Below, piece by piece: positions 1 to 11,244 of a stretch of DNA of 64,000 bases (positions within the stretch are counted from its first letter, which is position 1; the number at the start of each line of letters is the position of its first letter). The notes beneath the pieces are model-generated. The model made no database searches, was not told the origin of the DNA, and was given only the letters and a program-made list of their open reading frames with translations. This DNA is from Macrostomum lignano (taxonomy: Eukaryota), in contig NIVC01000020.1 in NCBI GenBank assembly GCA_002269645.1, forward strand, positions 682,001 through 746,000, read 5' to 3'. A program made the translations under genes and the position numbers.

Positions 1-261
1 TAATTAGATGACAACAAAATTGAATACAATATAAAATTTGAAAGAGCGTGAAAAACGAACGAAAAATGAACAAAAACGAACTTCGAAAGAACTTTACGTT
101 AAACGAATAACGACGATTTAAATAGGTATTAGATAGGAAACTAATTAAATACTAATTAAATGCTAATTAAATAGGAAATTAAAAAGACAGTAAATGAATA
201 AACAAAAGAAAAGCGGATTTATTACACTGCTGATATGTCTGTTTCAGTTTGCATAACTGTT

Positions 262-2945
262 TTAGCTATTCATGACTTCATATATTTTAGCTACACCAGT
301 GAGCTCTTTTCTGATTCTTTTTTCATTTGTAGCATATCCTAACTTGTGTACTTGCTTGTCATTTAAGAGGTACTGACAGAAGTATTTTTTTCTGATCTTT
401 TCAGTTTGCGGACATTCGGTCAAGTAGTGTAGGATATCGGAACCATTTCTCGCTCCACACAGTCTACATGCTTCATGGGAGAAAATGTTGGGTGTAATTT
501 CGCATTTCAGTTTTAGGAGGGTTGTTAGGAATTTTTTGTTTCTAAAAGTGCATGGAAAGTAATCTGAAAGGTCGGGCCTGCAGATTTTTTTGTAGAGATA
601 GGCGTTTTTGTAGAGTTTAATATGTTGCTGATTCTCTAGCTTTTGACTAAGTTCTCTCTCTCTGTGTGTATCTTGAGGTGCTTTTTCACTAGGTATTTCT
701 CGTTATTAAAGCTTTGGGAAAGTTTATCTTCAGTTAGTGCTTTTAAGTCTATACTTTCCAGTTTCTTTAGTACATTTGTTTTCCATGGATTTTTTTGGCT
801 GGTGTTTGAGTAGAAAATTTCTAGTGTCGTTTGGCAGAGTTTTTTGTGTCTAATCTTCAGCCAGTAGATGAGGTAGGTTTTAGCGATTCGTTGGGAGATT
901 GGAGTAAGCTCAAGTTCTGATGATATCACACTGTTGCTAGCAAATTTTGGTAGGTTGAGGAGATATTTGTAGAATTTCAGCTGAATGTTATCAATAGCTT
1001 TTGTTTCAGAAATGGTAGCCAGAGGGCCCCAGAGCTCACAGCCGTACGTGATAACGGGGGTGACAAGCGCGTCGAATAGTCTGCGAATGAGTGTGATGTC
1101 CAGGGACGTATTTTTTACCTTGTGGAGTAGGGAAAACATGGCTGTATATCCCTGCTTAGTTTGATGTTCAATACATTTTTTAAAGCTGTTTTTTGGTTCA
1201 AAAATAATTCCCAGGTATTTAAATTCATTTACTTCCTCTATTTCTTGGTTGTCGTAGATTATTTTTGTAGCAAAGCTTTCTGTGTCGTTTTTTTGCCTGG
1301 TACTGCCCTGCATAAACTTTGTTTTGCTTGCATTTACTTCAAGCATTCAAGCATTCAAGCATTTACTTTCAAGTAGTTTTGCTTGCAGTAATTTTCCATA
1401 GTCGTAAATGTGTCTTGGAGTTCGTCTTTGTTTTTAGCTAGAATGGCTTGATCGTCTGCAAAGAGCAGGATGAGTGGGAAAGCAGTTCTCGAAAGAGAGC
1501 GCCTAGCGCTAGAGAGTTCAAGATATTCAACAATGTCGTCAATATATAGTTCAAAAAGAATGGTAGAGAGAGGGTTGCCTTGAAGAACACCTTTAGATAT
1601 TGGGATTGGCTGGGTTTCATCATCATCATCATCTTTTTTTAGAATGAAGCAGGCATTTTTATGCATGTTCTTGATAAGTTCCGTCATTTGACCTTTAATA
1701 CCCTGGTTATCCGTTTTGTGCCAAAGGGTTGGTTGGTTTAAGCTATCGAAGGCTTTTTCATAGTCAACAAATCCGATAAGGAGTTCTTCTTTGTTGTAGA
1801 TGGATTGGTTTATAATGTTGTAAAGATTAAAACATTGGTCGATTGTGCTGTGATTGGGCTTGAAACCGTATTGGTATTTTGATATAAGATTGTTTGCGTA
1901 TGCTAGGTTTTCGAGTCTGGATTTAATAATTTGGCAAAAGAGCTTGCCAAAAATTGGTTGGATGCAGATTCCTCTGTAATTGTTGGGGTCGGCATTGCTG
2001 CCTTTGTTTTTATAAATCGGATGAAGTGTATTTGTTATCCAACTAGTTGGGAAGGTTCCTTGTTTGAGTGCTTCGTTGAAAAGTGAGCATAGGAGGTCAG
2101 TAAGTTCGTTCTCGAGGTATTTGAGTGTTTCTACATATACTTTATCGTGCCCAGGTGCTTTGTCGGTTTTGAGCTTTTTAATATGTTTTATAACTTCTTC
2201 TTTGGTGAAAGGGGCATTGAAATCCTCTAAATCAGCCAGAATAGGGTTGTCAAGGTGAAGATTGTATGATAGTCTAATGCTGCTGTCTTGTTCAGTTACA
2301 AGATTTTGAAAGTGTATGACAAATTTTTCATCAATTGTTACTCTGTTGTTTGGGGGATTTGGTGTTTTTAATAAGTTCCAAAGTTGTTTTGTATCGTTTT
2401 GGATAAAGGCCTGGTTGATCATGTTGTCTGCACAGAGAGTTGTTTCAAATTTCCATGAAGTGAGCTTTTTTTCGTATGCTTTTTTGAGTTGTACTTTGCT
2501 TGAGAGGTTGTTGGGAGTAGGGAAGGTTTTATATCTTCTGCAGGCATGTCTAGCAGCGTTTCTTAAATCTTTAAGGAAGCGAGGCAGTGTTGAGCATAGT
2601 GGGTTCTTTATCTCTACTGTGATGTTGTTTTGAATTTGTCTAACTTTTCTACTTAATTCATTTATAAAAGCTGGGTTTTGTATGTCTAGATTTGTGATTT
2701 TGTCATGCATGTTTTTCAGGTCATTTGCGAAGTTATTGATATGTTTTTCTTGTTGCAGGTTGGGTTTATCTGACTTTTTTAGGACTCTGTGTCTCGTTTT
2801 CGAGTTATTGGTTGCTTGTTTAGTTTCTGTGATTTCCTCTGTGAATTCACTTGATAGGGAGAGCACTATTTGGTTGTGGTCGCTAAAGTAGGTGTGGTTC
2901 TTTACTTTAAAGTCTTCGATGTGTTGTCGATAATTTATTCCTAGA
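262..2945 (-). mobile_element. 5'-truncated non-LTR retrotransposon (L2/CR1-group LINE) ORF2, disrupted by two frameshifts
   Basis: Minus-strand frame just upstream of 2866 reads FSDHNQIVL (SDH end of an APE endonuclease). RT motifs: KAPGHD, YRGI, GFKP, FVDYEKAFDS, QGNPLS, FADD, YLG. An alternative frame downstream of ~660 continues to a CRLC-x8-H-x4-C knuckle (412-468) and a stop at 262-264. AATAAA at 218-223. Frameshifts at 1330-1358 and in the (TC)n run at 653-662. Confidence 0.9.
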
Positions 2946-3469
2946 AAACTTTTTCAAAAGTTTAAAAGCTTTAACTTAAAAAGTTAAAACTAACAGTCAC
3001 AAAATAAGGATAAATGATCAGAAAGCTCGTAGAAAAGAAAAATATCCTCTTTAACAACATTATTTCATAGTTTAACTAAATCCTTCTACAATCATTTTTG
3101 GCATTTTTACGAACTGCTTGACTATGATCTACAACAAAAACTGCCTATCTTCGTTGTCACAGGCAGGTAAAACCTGCCTCCTAAATTTTTCAAGAAAAGT
3201 AGTTTCTTGTCCTACTTGAGTAGTTTTGAGCGGATGTAGTACTCGTAGGCTTACAGGTACATCAATTAAGTACATGTACGAGCTACTGGTAGTCGTATTC
3301 GTCAGCTACACACATACAAAACATGTCTGTTCCAAAAATGTCGAAATCATCTAATTCATTTTTGTGGGCTCCCATTCGATTTTTGTGAATCTTGACATAT
3401 GCCAAGAATCTTGACATCTTGACTTGCAATTTTTGTCAAGTGATACTGCATATTGTACCCAGCGGGCAG

Positions 3470-3471
3470 TG

Positions 3472-3528
<57 letters not shown>
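3470..3528. repeat. (TG)n microsatellite
   Basis: Directly visible dinucleotide run. Confidence 0.95.
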
Positions 3529-3530
<2 letters not shown>

Positions 3531-4239
3531 TGAAAAAATGCTTGTTAAGTTACGAGCTACAATGCCTTGCTGCGAAGATGGCACCATATAGCACTATATA
3601 CGTTTCCCATTACCTACTTCCTATATAATAAAAATACGAATCTGAATTTCGAATCAAAGTAGAATTACACTTTGAGCAGAACAGACTGGTACACAAAGTT
3701 TTACAGTAAACTTAACCTGCTTTATAACTTTCAGCAGCACCAACCAGACAACAGTAGCGCGGTTTATTAATTATCAATAACGTTCACGTAAAAAACGCAC
3801 ATAAAAATGCACAATGGTTACTAGGCCACCAAAAAAGTTCACCAATTACATAAAAGTTTGCCATGTACGCAGAACGCGACTGCCAAAGAAGCTGAGATGG
3901 AGAGCAGCATTGAACACTCAGAAATGCTAATTAAGACGCAAATGCATCAGGGGCCAGCACTGTTTCTATCTGGCAGTGACAATGGCCACACAGTCAACGG
4001 CATTTCATTAAAGAATAATAATAAATTGAGAATCATAACTGAGCTTGAGCTGCCCAGACTGGCAAATAACACGCAGAACATTCAGGGGGGAGTCCAACAG
4101 TCTCGAAAGGTTCACAACTGCTATAAAAATTGCAATCAAGACCGAGTTTCAAGCGCTCTCAGTCCCAGTGAATCATATTTGCCAAAAAAGCAACACAAAT
4201 GCAAAGATGGAAATCCAGGAGCACAGATCATCAGGCAGC

Positions 4240-5838
4240 TCAGCGCGGCTTGTGCCAGTACCGGAAGTGAGTCCACAAGGAGCTGCAGCTGTAGAATCGC
4301 ACAGCGCAGATGCGGCAGACAAATGGCTTTTCTCCGGTGTGCCGCCGCACGTGATCATTCAGGTGAGACAACCGCTTGAAGCGTCTCTGGCAGTGGCTGC
4401 ATTTGTGAGGCCGTCTATCTGTGTGCGCCAGCTTGTGATTTGACTGGCCGGCTGTGAATGCTCTGCTGCACTCACCCGTGTGCAGCTGGGAGCTGTCATC
4501 GTACTGGCTGCAGGCAGGCTGCTTCTGTCCGTTGATCAGGTTGGCAGAGTCCTTAAAAGCCGAGCGGCTCTGGCCAAGCTGACAAAGCCGTCCAGGCGAG
4601 TGCAGTTGCCGCAGGTGCTCCGCCAGGGCGCTCGATTGAGTGAAACGCCGCTGGCACTGACCGCACTCGAACGGCCGCTCACCCGTGTGCACCACAAGGT
4701 GCCTCTTCAATTTGCTCTGGCAGTTGAACCGCTTCCCGCACTCTTCGCACTGGAACGGCTGCTCGCCCGTGTGCACCACAAGGTGCCTCTTCAATTTGCT
4801 CTGGCAGTTGAACCGCTTCCCGCACTCTTCGCACTGGAACGGCCGCTCGCCCGTATGCACCACAAGGTGCCTCTTCAGTTTGCTCTGGCAGTTGAACCGC
4901 TTCCCGCACTGACCGCACTGGAACGGCCGCTCGCCCCGCTCGCCCGTGTGCACTACAAGGTGCCTCTTCAATTTGCTCTGGCAGTTGAACCGCTTCCCGC
5001 ACTCTTCGCACTGGAACGGCTGCTCGCCCGTGTGCACCACAAGGTGCCTCTTCAGTTTGCTCTGGCAGTTGAACCGCTTCCCGCACTGACCGCACTGGAA
5101 CGGCCGCTCGCCCCGCTCGCCCGTGTGCACTACAAGGTGCCTTTTCAGATTGCTCTGGCGGTCAAACCGCTTCCCGCACTCTTCGCACTGGAACGGCCGC
5201 TCGCCCGTATGCATCACAAGGTGCCTCTTCAGTTTGCTCTGGCAGTTGAACCGCTTCCCGCACTCTTCGCACTGGAGCAGCCGCTCGCCCGTATGCACCA
5301 CAAGGTGCCTTTTCAGATTGCTCTGGCGGTCAAACCGCTTCCCACACTCTTCGCACTGAAACGGCCGCTCGCCCGTGTGCACCACAAGGTGCCTCTTCAG
5401 TTTGCTCTGGCAGTTGAACCGCTTCCCGCACTGACCGCACTGGAACGGCCGCTCGCCCCGCTCGCCCGTGTGCACTACAAGGTGCCTTTTCAGATTGCTC
5501 TGGCGGTCAAACCGCTTCCCGCACTCTTCGCACTGGAGCAGCCGCTCGCCCGTATGCACCACAAGGTGCCTTTTCAGATTGCTCTGGCGGTCAAACCGCT
5601 TCCCGCACTCTTCGCACTGGAACGGCCGCTCGCCCGTGTGCATCACAAGGTGCCTCTTCAGTTTGCTCTGGCAGTTGAACCGCTTCCCGCACTGACCGCA
5701 CCGGTGCCGCCTCTGTGCACCATCTGAGTGGGTCAGCACGTGCTGCAGGTAGGGGGCCGCTGGCCCATCAGAGAATGCCTTCTTGCACATCGGGCAGCTG
5801 GTGCCGCTGCTCTGCTGTGGCTCCGGCTGGCCCGCCAT
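4240..5838 (-). CDS. Single-exon C2H2 zinc-finger protein with 12 near-identical tandem fingers
   Basis: Repeated CxxCxxxFxxxxxLxxHxxxH with TGERPF-type linkers. First ATG at 5838 (MAGQPEP); the ORF-track start at 5889 is TTG. AATAAA on the minus strand at 3763-3768. No KRAB, BTB, ZAD or SET domain recognised. Confidence 0.9.
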   Translation of the reverse strand: MAGQPEPQQSSGTSCPMCKKAFSDGPAAPYLQHVLTHSDGAQRRHRCGQCGKRFNCQSKLKRHLVMHTGERPFQCEECGKRFDRQSNLKRHLVVHTGERLLQCEECGKRFDRQSNLKRHLVVHTGERGERPFQCGQCGKRFNCQSKLKRHLVVHTGERPFQCEECGKRFDRQSNLKRHLVVHTGERLLQCEECGKRFNCQSKLKRHLVMHTGERPFQCEECGKRFDRQSNLKRHLVVHTGERGERPFQCGQCGKRFNCQSKLKRHLVVHTGEQPFQCEECGKRFNCQSKLKRHLVVHTGERGERPFQCGQCGKRFNCQSKLKRHLVVHTGERPFQCEECGKRFNCQSKLKRHLVVHTGEQPFQCEECGKRFNCQSKLKRHLVVHTGERPFECGQCQRRFTQSSALAEHLRQLHSPGRLCQLGQSRSAFKDSANLINGQKQPACSQYDDSSQLHTGECSRAFTAGQSNHKLAHTDRRPHKCSHCQRRFKRLSHLNDHVRRHTGEKPFVCRICAVRFYSCSSLWTHFRYWHKPR

Positions 5839-6474
5839 CTCTGCGCAGAGCTCTGCAACATCGGATGCGAGTAGCGGGCAGCTGGTCAAGCAGTGAGAAT
5901 AGACAGACTAATCTCTAATCTTAATTAAGCTCCAACGATTACGAGCGTATGTGCCAATTTTTTACTACAGGAGGGGGGCTGTGCACCCTGGCGCACTTTA
6001 AGCGACAGTCACACAACCGGCGAGAGGCATTACTGCCCATGAGCAGACAAAAGCGCACAAACACACTCACACAGAAGTGTACAGTGGTGACTAACTTTCT
6101 TTATCGTTTATGGGCATGTATTATACACTTCCCTGTGCCTTGGAGGTTGGCGTTCAAGGGCGTCAATCGCACTAGCAGTTCCATGTTCAAATTAATGTGA
6201 CTGCACTTGGAATCGGCACATCAAAGCGTCGCGCCAGGCGACCATTATGTACCAATAGCAGACTAAATAAATTAGACTAGCCTATGACAAATACTTAGGC
6301 ATCTATTTCCGCCTAAGCAAAGTAAAGTTGAAATGAAATAATCCGATTGATTGAGCGAAGAAAAAAGCCATGTAGGGAGAGCATTTGCGTATTTATCCAA
6401 TTAGTAAAAGGCGGGACTTTCAATAAGTAGCGCAAGATTCGGATCGCAGTGTAGGGGGCAGCGGGGAAGGCGGG

Positions 6475-7800
6475 TCAGTGCTTGAGCGGCAGGCGGGCAA
6501 TGACGGCCTTGTGGAGGCCGGTGACCTGGTTGGCCAGCTTGTCCATGGTCTGGTATTGCTGCTGCACAGCGGCCCGCTCGATCACCAGCACCTGAGCCTG
6601 CTGGTCGATCTTGCCAACGATGAGGTTGTCCAGGATGCAGGACACGATGAGGGCCTCGACCTCGGCCTGGTCGATGTTGAGCTGCGCCGAGATGAAGGGG
6701 ATGCGGATGCGAGTGTAGGGCTGAATGAGGCGGCACAGCACCTGCGTGCGGACGTTGCGCAGCAGCTCCTCGATGTGCTCCCGGATGAAGGGGTCCTCCA
6801 TGATGGCCGCCCGGTGCTGCCGGAGCAGCTGCTCAAAGCTGTGGATGTCGTTGGCATGGTAGGCGGCCACCAGGCTGGTCATGGCGGTGACCTCGGGGTC
6901 GTTGCGGTAGGGCTTGGCCTCCTGACTGTCCAGCGGGTTGATGCCCACCTGGCGCAGCATGCTGGCGAGCACCAGGTACTTCAGGCACTGGATGCGGCGC
7001 GGGCTGCCGGACTCGTCGTAGTTTTTGAACGCCTCGAAGAAGTCGGTGTGCGCCTGCTCGAACTCGGCCTCGCGCAGGTGCATCTTGCCGCCGCACTCGC
7101 GAATGATGCCCATGATGAGCGGGTGCGGGATGGCCGACTTGATGTTCAGCGACTGGTTGTACAGGTCCTTCAGCTTCTTGTTGTTCTTCTGCAAGGTGTA
7201 CATCTGGATCTCCAGGGCGAAGATCTCCAGCAGGTTGGTGCCCTTCTTGCTGTCCAGCTCGCCGTCCTCGGTCTCGCATGAGGCGCGCAGCTCCTTAATG
7301 ATCCGCTGCAGCAGCGGCCACTCCGCATTGTCCAGGTACAACTTGCCGAGCTTGAGGTTGGCCTTGAACCACAGCCGGTCGTTCTTCGCCTCCTTGAGCG
7401 CGTTCAGCGTGGTGTGGTAGAAGTTGAGCAGCAGGTCGTTCTGCTTGGAGGTGCTCACGTAGTCCAGGATGGAGTTAATGGACTTCTCAGAGTAGTTGCG
7501 GGTCACAGCCTTTTTGATGTACGTCAGCAGCTCTTTGTACAGCCTCATCATCTCGTCGAACCGGCCGAGCCGGAAGTTGATCTTCATCATCTGCTTGAGC
7601 GCCTTGAAGCCCCAGTCGCCCTTCTCTGCGCCCTCCAGGTCGAGCACCTTCTGGTACTCCTTGAGCGCCAGCTCAGGATTCTCGTCCTTCAGAGTCTTGG
7701 AGTTGTAGTACTGGTTCTCCAGCTCCACGTTGGTGTCCTCCGGGGACGAGTCGAAGTCCAGCTCGTCCATGTCGCTGAAGTCGTCATCGTCGCTGTCCAT
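6475..7800 (-). CDS. COPS2: COP9 signalosome complex subunit 2 (PCI domain), intronless
   Basis: Translation [13 protein letters not shown]...[11 protein letters not shown]...[11 protein letters not shown]...[14 protein letters not shown]...[21 protein letters not shown] matches CSN2. Likely start is the ATG at 7800; the upstream part of the track ORF is AT-rich and unrelated. Confidence 0.95.
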   Translation of the reverse strand: MDSDDDDFSDMDELDFDSSPEDTNVELENQYYNSKTLKDENPELALKEYQKVLDLEGAEKGDWGFKALKQMMKINFRLGRFDEMMRLYKELLTYIKKAVTRNYSEKSINSILDYVSTSKQNDLLLNFYHTTLNALKEAKNDRLWFKANLKLGKLYLDNAEWPLLQRIIKELRASCETEDGELDSKKGTNLLEIFALEIQMYTLQKNNKKLKDLYNQSLNIKSAIPHPLIMGIIRECGGKMHLREAEFEQAHTDFFEAFKNYDESGSPRRIQCLKYLVLASMLRQVGINPLDSQEAKPYRNDPEVTAMTSLVAAYHANDIHSFEQLLRQHRAAIMEDPFIREHIEELLRNVRTQVLCRLIQPYTRIRIPFISAQLNIDQAEVEALIVSCILDNLIVGKIDQQAQVLVIERAAVQQQYQTMDKLANQVTGLHKAVIARLPLKH

Positions 7801-8729
7801 GGCTCGGCGAGGACGCTCTGGAATGCGGCATGGATCGGTGCTGGAGCAACTTGCAAATCCACAATTACAAATGTGTGGAGATAAACAATAAGAGGCTTGC
7901 AACAATGCAAGATGTGAACTTTGAAGATGTGAACTATGAAGATGTGAATATTTTAATTCATATAAAATATAACCTGGATTTGTCATGCCTGCTAAAAGCT
8001 ATTAAGCTTAAAAATGCGCCCTATTCTGTCTCAATTCTATCAGGACACCCAGTATAGTTCATTGGCATGTATATTTAGCATGCTTGAATCTTAAAAAGTT
8101 GCATCTGACATAAAAGGGTGCTATACAATGATACTTAAAAATTGGTATAAGTACCTTTAGGTTTTGTAACAAAGAAAAGGGTAGCGGTTAAGAAGTGATA
8201 TGAGAGTAAAAAAATTTTAATATGATTTTAAAGAATTTTTAAAGAATTTAAGTACCAGAATTTTGTGTAATTGCTAGTTGTTTTAAAGGAGTATCAGACA
8301 AAACACTTTTTTGTTATAATGTACATATATTATAAATTGCAAACATAATATACAAACAATGATTGTTGTAATTTTTCTTCAGGTATACATGTAATGTTAA
8401 CTATAATTTAAAAAACCTTTTCATGCCATTTTAAATTTTAAAAAGCAAGTTTGTCATTGTGTTTCATCTTCTACATGTGAACTAAGAAGTTAATACAGTA
8501 TAGACTGTGTTAGGTAAGACGCTTTGTGCATTGTATGTGCACACACGTTGCACAAATCACAATAAATTTTCTTCTGCACCATTTGTGCTGTGTGCGCCAA
8601 AAAATCCTGTGTATGCCGCAATTTGGCGTGAAATCTACTACCACCTTCTTGACTATGGTAGACACCTTGACAATGGGGCTTATTATGTCATACTGTTCAT
8701 ATGATATAATTGTTCATAATACGCCACAC

Positions 8730-9070
8730 TTAGAGACACGGCGACCGTGTCTATAATGCAAAAACTTATAGACATAGTGGCCGTGTCTCTAATAGTGACT
8801 AGGTCCATACTTATAGACACGGCCACTGTGTCTCTAAGTTTTTGCATTATAGACACAGCTGCCATGTCTATAAGTATAGACCTAGTCACTATTAGAGATG
8901 TGGTCGCTGTGTCAATAAAACTTGCATGGCAGCCGTGTTGTTAATATTGACTGGGTTCAAACTTAGAGGCACGGTGGGTGGCCATGTCGTTAATATTGAC
9001 TGGGTTCACACTTAGAGACACAGTGGGTGGCCGTGTCTCTAATATTGGAGCTTAAAGGCATGGATGCCAT
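8730..9070. repeat. Array of ~27-bp palindromes (ttaKagacac-N7-gtgtctMtaa) with 9- and 18-nt spacers
   Basis: About 8 hairpin units, e.g. ttagagacacggcgaccgtgtctataa at 8730-8756. An isolated further unit at 9529-9555. Confidence 0.8.
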
Positions 9071-9166
9071 GTATACAATCCTTATTGATCAGATGAAAAA
9101 AGAGAAAAGTTGTCAGGGAGTTTTTTAACTTAAAAGTTTTTAAAAATTAAATTAAATTAAATTTTT

Positions 9167-9272
9167 AAGAGTAACACAAAATCTTAAAAAAGTGTGGCCG
9201 CAATTATATATGAAAAATAAATATTCTTTTGATACATATCGGCCACACTTTTTAAGATTAAGTGTTACTCTT
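9167..9272. repeat. Short foldback (MITE-like hairpin)
   Basis: aagagtaacacaaaatcttaaaaaagtgtggccg and its near reverse complement cggccacactttttaagattaagtgttactctt flank an AT-rich loop. Confidence 0.55.
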
Positions 9273-9394
9273 ATTAAAAAAATATTTTATTTTATTTTAA
9301 TTTATTATTTTAATTTATTTAAAAACCTAAAAAAATTCAAAGCAAAAAAATTTCTATTTGCTAAAAAATTTCTAATTAAAAATCTCCAAGCTTT

Positions 9395-9455
9395 GGGGAT
9401 TTGAACCCCTGCTACTCAAAATCACAAGGCAATTGACATATTCACTAAGCCACCA
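9395..9455 (-). mobile_element. Degenerate tRNA-derived SINE head
   Basis: Minus strand TGGCTTAGTG (A-box-like) and GGTTCAAATCC (B-box); no complete cloverleaf. Confidence 0.4.
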
Positions 9456-9581
9456 ATTGCTTGAGAGAAAGCCCTATAGAACAGGCATTTTATATTGATG
9501 ATTATTGCTGTGCCCATAAGCTCAAATATTATAGACACAGCCACTATGCCTATAAGTACTCCATTCATAATAACCTAAGCT

Positions 9582-10961
9582 CAAGGACTTCTAGACTAAC
9601 AGGACGTAAAACTCAAAGATTGTGCAATTTTTTGGAGGCCACGATTTCCTGGAAAAAATACACTGCGGAGATAGGAAAAAATCAGTTTTTTGTCACAAAA
9701 GCAGTGATTGTATTTGATCTGGGGCAGTGAAGACTACCATTCTTTTAATTTAACATGCACAACATGTTACTCTATTATATTTTCATATAGCTGTGTATTG
9801 AAGTTTTCATTTTCATGTTGTTTTTACTTCATTTCATAAGCCCAAAGTTGCAAATACTCATAAGTGGCATTAGCCAAACTTTTTGTGCTGTTCCTTTTTT
9901 GAATCAAGTATATTTGTAATAAAAACTGTGCATGTAGGTACTCTTAATCTTTTATTGTACGGTTAGTAACTATACTAGGCCTACTAGTATTAGTTATACC
10001 TGTCTACTATTACTACTAGGTATAATGTCTAAGAGTTATGAGTCTAAGACCTATTAAAGATTCTTGAAAATTAGGCTTTATATATGGAATCACACATCCT
10101 TTTATTGGTAAAATAGGCCCTAACTAAAATGACTGAATACAAGGCATGTTTGTCTTATTCATTTTCTTGCCTAATGAATAATGATATTTGATCTATGGAT
10201 TCCAAAATCTTCTTAATAAGTGTGGCATACTTACATTTACAATTTATAGGCCTAATTTATTTCAGTTTTTTAATTTTTTTAAACATGATTCTAGCTAAAG
10301 AGAAGAAAGAAGAGAGAGAAATAAAAATGGTAATATCTATCTGTCTAAATCATTAATATAATTATGATGCAATATAATAAATATGCAATTATGATTTTTA
10401 TAAATGAAGGACTTTTATTGACCTTATAGTTTAACTTATTAAATCTATACCTCCAATAGTAATAAAAACTAATTGAGCTATTAACTATAATAGTAACTCT
10501 TATATCATATTATATATTGGAATATATATCTAGGAATTAAATAGTTACTAGGCCTAATATATGCATTGAAATGGAACTATATCTACAATAAAAGATTAAG
10601 AGTACCTACATGCACAGTTTTTATTACAAATATACTTGATTCAAAAAAGGAACAGCACAAAAAATTTGGCTAATGCCACTTGTGAGTATTTGCAACTTTG
10701 GGCTTATGAAATGAAGTAAAAACAACATGAAAATGAAAACTTCAATACACAGCTATATGAAAATATAATAGAGTAACATGTTGTGCATGTTAAATTAAAA
10801 GAATGGTAGTCTTCACTGCCCCAGATCAAATACAATCACTGCTTTTGTGACAAAAAACTGATTTTTTCCTATCTCCGCAGTGTATTTTTTCCAGGAAATC
10901 GTGGCCTCTAAAAAATTGCACGATCTTTGAGTTTTACGTCCTGTTAGTCTAGAAGTCCTTG
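9582..10961. mobile_element. Non-autonomous foldback DNA transposon, P-superfamily-like
   Basis: ~378-bp near-perfect TIRs (9582-9959 and 10584-10961) starting CAAGG; exact 8-bp TSD cctaagct (9574-9581 and 10962-10969); no ORF. Confidence 0.88.
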
Positions 10962-11153
10962 CCTAAGCTATTGGCTATGAACTGACTTGGTAACTAATTA
11001 AATTTAAAATCTTTGATTTTCAAATTAAAAACTCAAAGACAAGACTCAAAAGTATATTTTACCAAAATTCAAAAAAGATTTTTTGATATAATTTACATCA
11101 TTTATAAATAAACCATAGGCCTAGTACTATATTTATTATAAATAAGATTATTT

Positions 11154-11244
11154 GGCATAGTTCTAGTTTACTTTGTTATATTCCAACCCTCCTACCCTTG
11201 AATAGAGGGTGAAATAATTTAACACAGTAAACTAGAACTATGCC
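11154..11244. mobile_element. Small GGC...GCC hairpin MITE, related to 60917-61027
   Basis: Perfect inverted repeat (t)tggcatagttctagtttact / agtaaactagaactatgcca(a). Loop core ccctctattcaagggt is shared with the 60.9 kb copy. 8-bp flanks gattattt / aattattc match at 6 of 8. Confidence 0.6.

Noticed and set aside
4480-5727. 415-aa plus-strand ORF and other short ORFs over the zinc-finger gene
   Set aside because: Antisense or alternate-frame shadows of the 84/93-bp finger repeats.
6401-7910. Several overlapping ORFs across COPS2, and the 62-aa N-terminal extension to 7986
   Set aside because: Shadows of a high-GC3 gene. The extension starts at a non-ATG codon, is AT-rich and has no CSN2 similarity.
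8730-9070. CRISPR array interpretation of the palindrome-spacer array
   Set aside because: Eukaryotic context, no cas genes, spacers only 9-18 nt and reused rather than unique, repeats degenerate.
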